Part shown: in pieces, positions 35,963 to 39,798 of the stretch
Layout of the letters: the number at the start of each line of letters is the position of its first letter
Numbering within the stretch: the first letter of the stretch is position 1
Origin: an uncultured Candidatus Saccharibacteria bacterium
Lineage (GTDB): Bacteria; Patescibacteriota; WWE3; UBA101185; UBA10185
DNA length: 39,798 bases
NCBI GenBank assembly: GCA_964535155.1
Contig: CAZHSR010000001.1
Location: 13,896 to 53,693, forward strand
Reading direction: 5' to 3'
Translations under genes and position numbers: made by a program
The notes under the pieces: model-generated
The model's database searches: none
What the model saw: the letters and a program-made list of their open reading frames with translations, nothing else
Told to the model about the DNA's origin: nothing

Positions 35963-36801
35963 TTAGTATCACCGTCGTTGCATGTCTTCCTGTTAGCATA
36001 AAATAACCCCCCGTAACAGGCCAAGGGATAGTCATTACTTGAGTGTTGCTCACAGGCATTTTGGAAATCATTACCTACACTCGTACTGGACGCGTAATAT
36101 GGCAAAGCAGACTTACTTCCTGTTGCCAAAGCCCATGTTGCTAAAGAGGCATTTACTGCAGCTAAATCAGCACCCAAACAGCCATTCCCAGTACATAAAT
36201 CTCTGGTGCCGTCTAAACAATCGGAAATTGCCAATGCAGAAATACTGCTATACCCAGCCGAACCATTATGAGAACTGGTTATGGTTACACTATTTACACT
36301 AGAAACCAACTTGTACCACTGACCAGCTGACGCTGCTATCATTCGGTCCTTGAGTGCGGGAACATCACTGGCGCAAGTGTAAGCCCCGGGGTTATCAACA
36401 TCATCTCCAACCCCTTTATTCCAGCTCACAGTGTCTGCCAAAGTCTTAGACCAGCAGGCACCTCTTCCGTTGGTTTCGTACCAATACCAACCAGAGATTG
36501 AGTTGCAGTTACATTCGGTTAAAGTGGACCAAGTAGCTTCTGATAATAAGACCTGACCATTACAAATTGTCATATCAACTTTGGAGGCAATTTGTTCTGG
36601 ATCGTTAAAGTCTTCCGTAACGGAAAGGGAAACGGCGCGGGCAACAAGGGTTAAAATGGAAATTGTGGCAATTAAAACGGTGGCTACTATTGTGCCAAGG
36701 ATTATTCGGGATTTTTTTGTGGCGGGGAGGGCACGGAGGGAAGTGGGCAAGGTGGTAAGGGGGATTTTGCTAAATATTTTTGTAAGTTTTTTTAAGGGCA
36801 T
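35827..36801 (-). CDS. DGR target (variable) protein: N-terminal TM anchor, Cys-rich ectodomain, C-terminal CLec-type variable region
   Basis: 324 aa. TM segment IILGTIVATVLIATISILTLV. The C-terminus WASAAYNTTYARILGYSSCSLVFLNSASGAGSTIGFRVVLRP aligns with the TR frame. Confidence 0.9.
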   Translation of the reverse strand: MPLKKLTKIFSKIPLTTLPTSLRALPATKKSRIILGTIVATVLIATISILTLVARAVSLSVTEDFNDPEQIASKVDMTICNGQVLLSEATWSTLTECNCNSISGWYWYETNGRGACWSKTLADTVSWNKGVGDDVDNPGAYTCASDVPALKDRMIAASAGQWYKLVSSVNSVTITSSHNGSAGYSSISALAISDCLDGTRDLCTGNGCLGADLAAVNASLATWALATGSKSALPYYASSTSVGNDFQNACEQHSSNDYPLACYGGLFYANRKTCNDGDTNYSWASAAYNTTYARILGYSSCSLVFLNSASGAGSTIGFRVVLRP

Positions 36802-36869
36802 GTTTCATTAAAATATACACTTCTGTACATTTTATTGCAACCTAAATAAAAACTGGTGTATCAAATAAG

Positions 36870-36905
36870 AGATAATTGACACAGAAGGTAATTATCTAGT
36901 ATAAT
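36870..36905 (+). promoter_or_regulatory. candidate promoter of abiEi-2 (TTGACA-18-TATAAT, near-leaderless) overlapped by inverted repeat AGATAATT-N12-AATTATCT
   Basis: -35 at 36876-36881 and -10 at 36900-36905, with the ATG at 36912 only 6 nt after the -10. Inverted-repeat arms at 36870-36877 and 36890-36897. Confidence 0.5.
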
Positions 36906-36911
36906 CTACAC

Positions 36912-37661
36912 ATGGAAGACATAAAAATTATTGAACTTGTCCTTATAAAAAAAGGCCGAATTGTAACAAATGCAGCATTAAGCAAATATCTAGGTACATA
37001 TATAGATGTAAACAAAAAAATTTCCTCGCTTATAAAAAAAGGATTTTTGGTGAAACTAAAAAAAGGGACTTATTACATTGCTAAATTAGGAAGTTTAAGC
37101 TACATCTCTATATCCAACTACCTAATAGCAAATATTATAGGGGAGAAGTCCTTTGTTTCTTTTGAAGCAGCCCTAAAATTCCATGGGCTATTTGACCAGG
37201 GGATTAGTAAATATAGGTCTATCTCATTAAAGCAATACTTAACCAAAAATTTGGAGGGAATAAGCTATGAATACATAAAAGTTAAGCAGAATCAGTATTT
37301 TGGGTTTAATCTTGAAAGAGTTGATGGGGGAAACGCGGAAATTGCTACAAAGGAAAGGGCACTATTGGATCTTCTTGAATATAAAAGGTCCATTAGTACT
37401 GTAAGTTTAGTTTTGGAAAAATTAAGCACATATAAATCGGAGATTAATTTTAGTCTGTTAAACGAATATGCGGAAAATTATTCGCAGACGACAATAAAAA
37501 TATTAGGTTTATTACTGGATATTTTAGAGATTGATAGCAAGGATTTGGAGGGGTTAATTAATAAAAAATCAACTTCTCGCATGCTAAAGGATTCCGATAA
37601 ATTCAGTAATAAATGGAGACTTTATTACAACTCTATATTGGAAAATCAAATTAATGATTGA
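36912..37661 (+). CDS. AbiEi-family type IV antitoxin (copy 2)
   Basis: ISSLIKKGFLVKLKKGTYYI wHTH region, SFVSFEAALKFHGL and ATKERALLDLLEY. Overlaps the toxin gene by 8 nt. Confidence 0.75.
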   Translation: MEDIKIIELVLIKKGRIVTNAALSKYLGTYIDVNKKISSLIKKGFLVKLKKGTYYIAKLGSLSYISISNYLIANIIGEKSFVSFEAALKFHGLFDQGISKYRSISLKQYLTKNLEGISYEYIKVKQNQYFGFNLERVDGGNAEIATKERALLDLLEYKRSISTVSLVLEKLSTYKSEINFSLLNEYAENYSQTTIKILGLLLDILEIDSKDLEGLINKKSTSRMLKDSDKFSNKWRLYYNSILENQIND

Positions 37662-38424
37662 TTTAATAACTAGAGAGCAATTGGAATACACCGCCAAATC
37701 GGTATTAAATTATCCCTTACATGATGCCGAAAAAGATTATTTTCTGACACAAGTCATGAAAGTGGTTTCAGAATCATCATTATCAAATGCCCTCATTTTT
37801 AAGGGGGGAACCTCTATATATCATTGTTATCTAGACCAATTAAGATTTTCTGAGGACTTGGATTTTACTGCAATTGATAAAGACATATGCATAGAGGAAA
37901 TTAGGGAGATTTTTGACAAATTGGCTATGTTTGAATTTAAGAAAGAGTATGAATCCACTGCTACAATAAAGATTGAAAGGTTAAAGTATTACGGTATTCT
38001 TGACACTCCAAATAGCATAAAGTTTGAGGTGGATAGAATGCAAAATGTGATATTACCCACAGTCCATAGGCAGTATAAAAATGTGTGGGATTTAGACTTT
38101 TCCGTAAATGTAATGGATCCTGTGGAGATATGTGCAGAAAAATTGCGGGCTTGTAATGACAGGTTTAGATATAGAGATTTTTATGATTTATATATGATGA
38201 TAACCAAGCTAAATATAAACATTAAAAACTCCATATCCCTGATACCCCAAAAGGAAATCAGAAAGCCCTTTTCCAAGGAAAACATTTTAAGAAATTTTGC
38301 TTTAGCATTAAATGAAATCTCAATGGAAGCTGATACGGTTACATATAAAGAAGTTCTGAATACTGAGATTTTGAAAAAATTCTTTGAAGAGTTGAATTTA
38401 TCTCCACTTCAACCTAATGTTTAA
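37654..38424 (+). CDS. AbiEii/AbiGii (DUF1814) nucleotidyltransferase toxin (copy 2)
   Basis: FKGGTSIYHCYLDQLRFSEDLDFT hallmark motif, plus a later YRDFYDLY motif. Confidence 0.85.
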   Translation: MIDLITREQLEYTAKSVLNYPLHDAEKDYFLTQVMKVVSESSLSNALIFKGGTSIYHCYLDQLRFSEDLDFTAIDKDICIEEIREIFDKLAMFEFKKEYESTATIKIERLKYYGILDTPNSIKFEVDRMQNVILPTVHRQYKNVWDLDFSVNVMDPVEICAEKLRACNDRFRYRDFYDLYMMITKLNINIKNSISLIPQKEIRKPFSKENILRNFALALNEISMEADTVTYKEVLNTEILKKFFEELNLSPLQPNV

Positions 38425-38459
38425 ATATAAAAAGACCACATTACCATTACTTGGGTTTT

Positions 38460-38505
38460 GAGTACACTCCAAATTTTTGTTGATTTTTCTGGAGTACACT
38501 CCAAA
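38460..38505 (+). repeat. 14-bp direct repeat GAGTACACTCCAAA x2 (38460-38473, 38492-38505), 32-bp period
   Basis: Read directly. Lies upstream of the large secreted-protein ORF. Confidence 0.85.
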
Positions 38506-38552
38506 GTAAAGTATAGATTGGTAGACAAATTTTTTATTGATATACTTAACCC

Positions 38553-39798
38553 ATGTTTCGAGGATTCTCCTGGGTTCTGCCCATTAATAAAAGATTTAGG
38601 TACAAATGTCATCGTTTTTTGATAAGGCCCCTTGTGGCTATTGCTTTGATAACAGTCTTTACCCAAGGATTATCCTTGGCATTTGCAGCCACATACACCT
38701 CAACTGGAACACTCACTTCAAGTAATTTGCTTTCGGGAATTGGCGTATCTTCCATTGACGCCTTTGGATACAACTTAAATTCCCTTCCAGCTGGGACAAC
38801 AGCACAAGTGCAATTTTCCAATGACAATTCCACTTGGTATAGTTCTGCAGGAGTACAAGGCGCCTGGGACACACTTTCACAAGGGGACTTCACATTGGAA
38901 GAAGACGCCATCTCCCTAGCAACATTAGGCTGGTCTGACAATATTTTTTATTACAAGATTCAAATGGATACTTCTGACACAAGTGCAACCGCCACATTAA
39001 CCGAAATAGTGCTTTATTATGCACCTGGTGCATCGGCTGAAACCTTGGATCCTACATATGTTAAGCCAACATCTGCTACAGCTAATGGAGAAATAGATGC
39101 AATTACAGGGGGAAACGCAACGCAAAGGGGATTTCAATATGGCTTAACGGAAACTGCAACCTGGGAAACCAGCGAAACAGGAGATTTTGGGGAAGAAGAA
39201 TATTCGCTGGAAATTACGGGTCTAACCCCAAATACAACTTATTACATAAGGGCTTTTGCAACAAATCCAGAGGGCACAACTTATGGAACCTGGGAACCCT
39301 TTACCACCAGTGAATACGCCACAACTGGTACACTTACTTCCAGCAACATTTTGGACGGCGAAACCGTGGAAGTTATTACCGAATTTGAATACAGCATGTC
39401 AACCATGCCAAGCGGAGCCTCTGCCACAATTCAGTTTAGCGAAGACGGAACCAACTGGTACAACTCCACAGGCGTTTTAAACGGCACCGACGAGCTTTAC
39501 GCCTTAAAAGAAAACAGCGACAGGAACAAAATTAGCCTTTGCGAATTACGCTGGCGAGAACCCACCTTTTACTACAAAGTCCAGTTTACATCCAGTGCCA
39601 GTGGCGACACTCCAGTTTTGGACAGCATCAATGTCACTTATGACGATGAAAATTACACTTGCGGCCCCATTGCTCACTGGAAATTAGACGAGGGTCAAGG
39701 GGTCTCTGCCTATAACAGCGTGGCTTCTGAGGACAGGCAAAGTGCGGGGGCTACTTCGGCACATACTGGGACAATTTCTGGCGCCACCTGGCAAGAAG
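38553..39798 (+). CDS. large secreted/surface protein, 3' end beyond the window (signal peptide, two ~115-aa repeat modules flanking an FN3-like module, start of a LamG/ConA-like domain)
   Basis: Own translation in the frame with codon starts divisible by 3: open from 38550 to the window end. MFRGFSWVLPINKRFRYKCHRFLIRPLVAIALITVFTQGLSLAFAATYTSTGTLTSSNLL...GLTPNTTYYIRAFATNPEGTTYG...YATTGTLTSSNILDG...HWKLDEGQGVSAYNS. The start is uncertain (ATG 38553 or TTG 38619). It is missing from the ORF track because no stop lies in the window. Confidence 0.7.
   Translation, partial: MFRGFSWVLPINKRFRYKCHRFLIRPLVAIALITVFTQGLSLAFAATYTSTGTLTSSNLLSGIGVSSIDAFGYNLNSLPAGTTAQVQFSNDNSTWYSSAGVQGAWDTLSQGDFTLEEDAISLATLGWSDNIFYYKIQMDTSDTSATATLTEIVLYYAPGASAETLDPTYVKPTSATANGEIDAITGGNATQRGFQYGLTETATWETSETGDFGEEEYSLEITGLTPNTTYYIRAFATNPEGTTYGTWEPFTTSEYATTGTLTSSNILDGETVEVITEFEYSMSTMPSGASATIQFSEDGTNWYNSTGVLNGTDELYALKENSDRNKISLCELRWREPTFYYKVQFTSSASGDTPVLDSINVTYDDENYTCGPIAHWKLDEGQGVSAYNSVASEDRQSAGATSAHTGTISGATWQE
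38665..38677. repeat. solo AAGGATTATCCTT palindrome
   Basis: Read directly. It lies inside the predicted signal-peptide coding region (TQGLSLA) of the 38553-39798 ORF. Confidence 0.9.

Larger units (their letters stand above)
33657..36801. mobile_element. diversity-generating retroelement (DGR) cassette: RT(+), TR(-), avd(-), target gene with VR(-)
   Basis: See the component features. The TR/VR pair shows adenine-only mismatches. Confidence 0.9.

Noticed and set aside
36697-36707. Partial palindrome AAGGATTATTC inside the DGR target gene, encoding SRIILG of the TM anchor
   Set aside because: Only 9 of 13 positions match and it has no 65-bp partner. It is probably a coincidental half-site in an Ile/Leu-rich helix.
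38421-39480. Track ORFs 38421-38666 (-), 38609-38941 (-) and 39256-39480 (+)
   Set aside because: They are antisense or out of frame relative to the long open frame 38553-39798, which shows domain-like internal repeats and a signal peptide.
1-39798. tRNA, rRNA or tmRNA genes in the intergenic regions
   Set aside because: No cloverleaf-compatible or rRNA-like segment was seen by eye in any gap larger than 70 nt. A tRNAscan/Infernal run would be needed to be certain.

Overview
AT-rich bacterial chromosomal segment with about 50 protein-coding genes on both strands. I recognised no rRNA, tRNA or CRISPR array by eye. Gene content (small membrane-anchored proteins, a GH57 enzyme, many orphan membrane proteins, a DGR) suggests a small-genome lineage such as Patescibacteria/CPR; that is inference only. 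The backbone is housekeeping and envelope genes: CDF transporter, PAS histidine kinase, response regulator, cyclophilin, ABC-F ATPase, YibE/F, GT4 and GT-C glycosyltransferases, Dus, GH57, LctP, MgtE. Four things stand out. (1) A complete diversity-generating retroelement at 33657-36801: reverse transcriptase, template repeat, Avd and a membrane-anchored target protein. All 18 TR/VR mismatches in the mutagenised window fall on TR adenines of the coding strand. The layout is unusual: RT is convergent with TR, and four tandem perfect hairpins lie between VR and avd. (2) The DGR is bracketed by two diverged AbiEi/AbiEii toxin-antitoxin pairs. (3) A 13-bp palindrome, AAGGATWATCCTT, occurs 17 times in mini-arrays with an exact 65-bp register at six intergenic loci, plus one solo copy. 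The interstitial 52 bp are weakly homologous, and copies overlap gene 3' ends. I do not recognise this element. (4) Two tandem sRNA-like units with strong minus-strand terminators lie between abiEii-1 and the DGR. Two edge-truncated ORFs missing from the supplied track were added by manual translation (1-579 minus, 38553-39798 plus). All functional calls rest on motif recognition by eye; no database search was possible.
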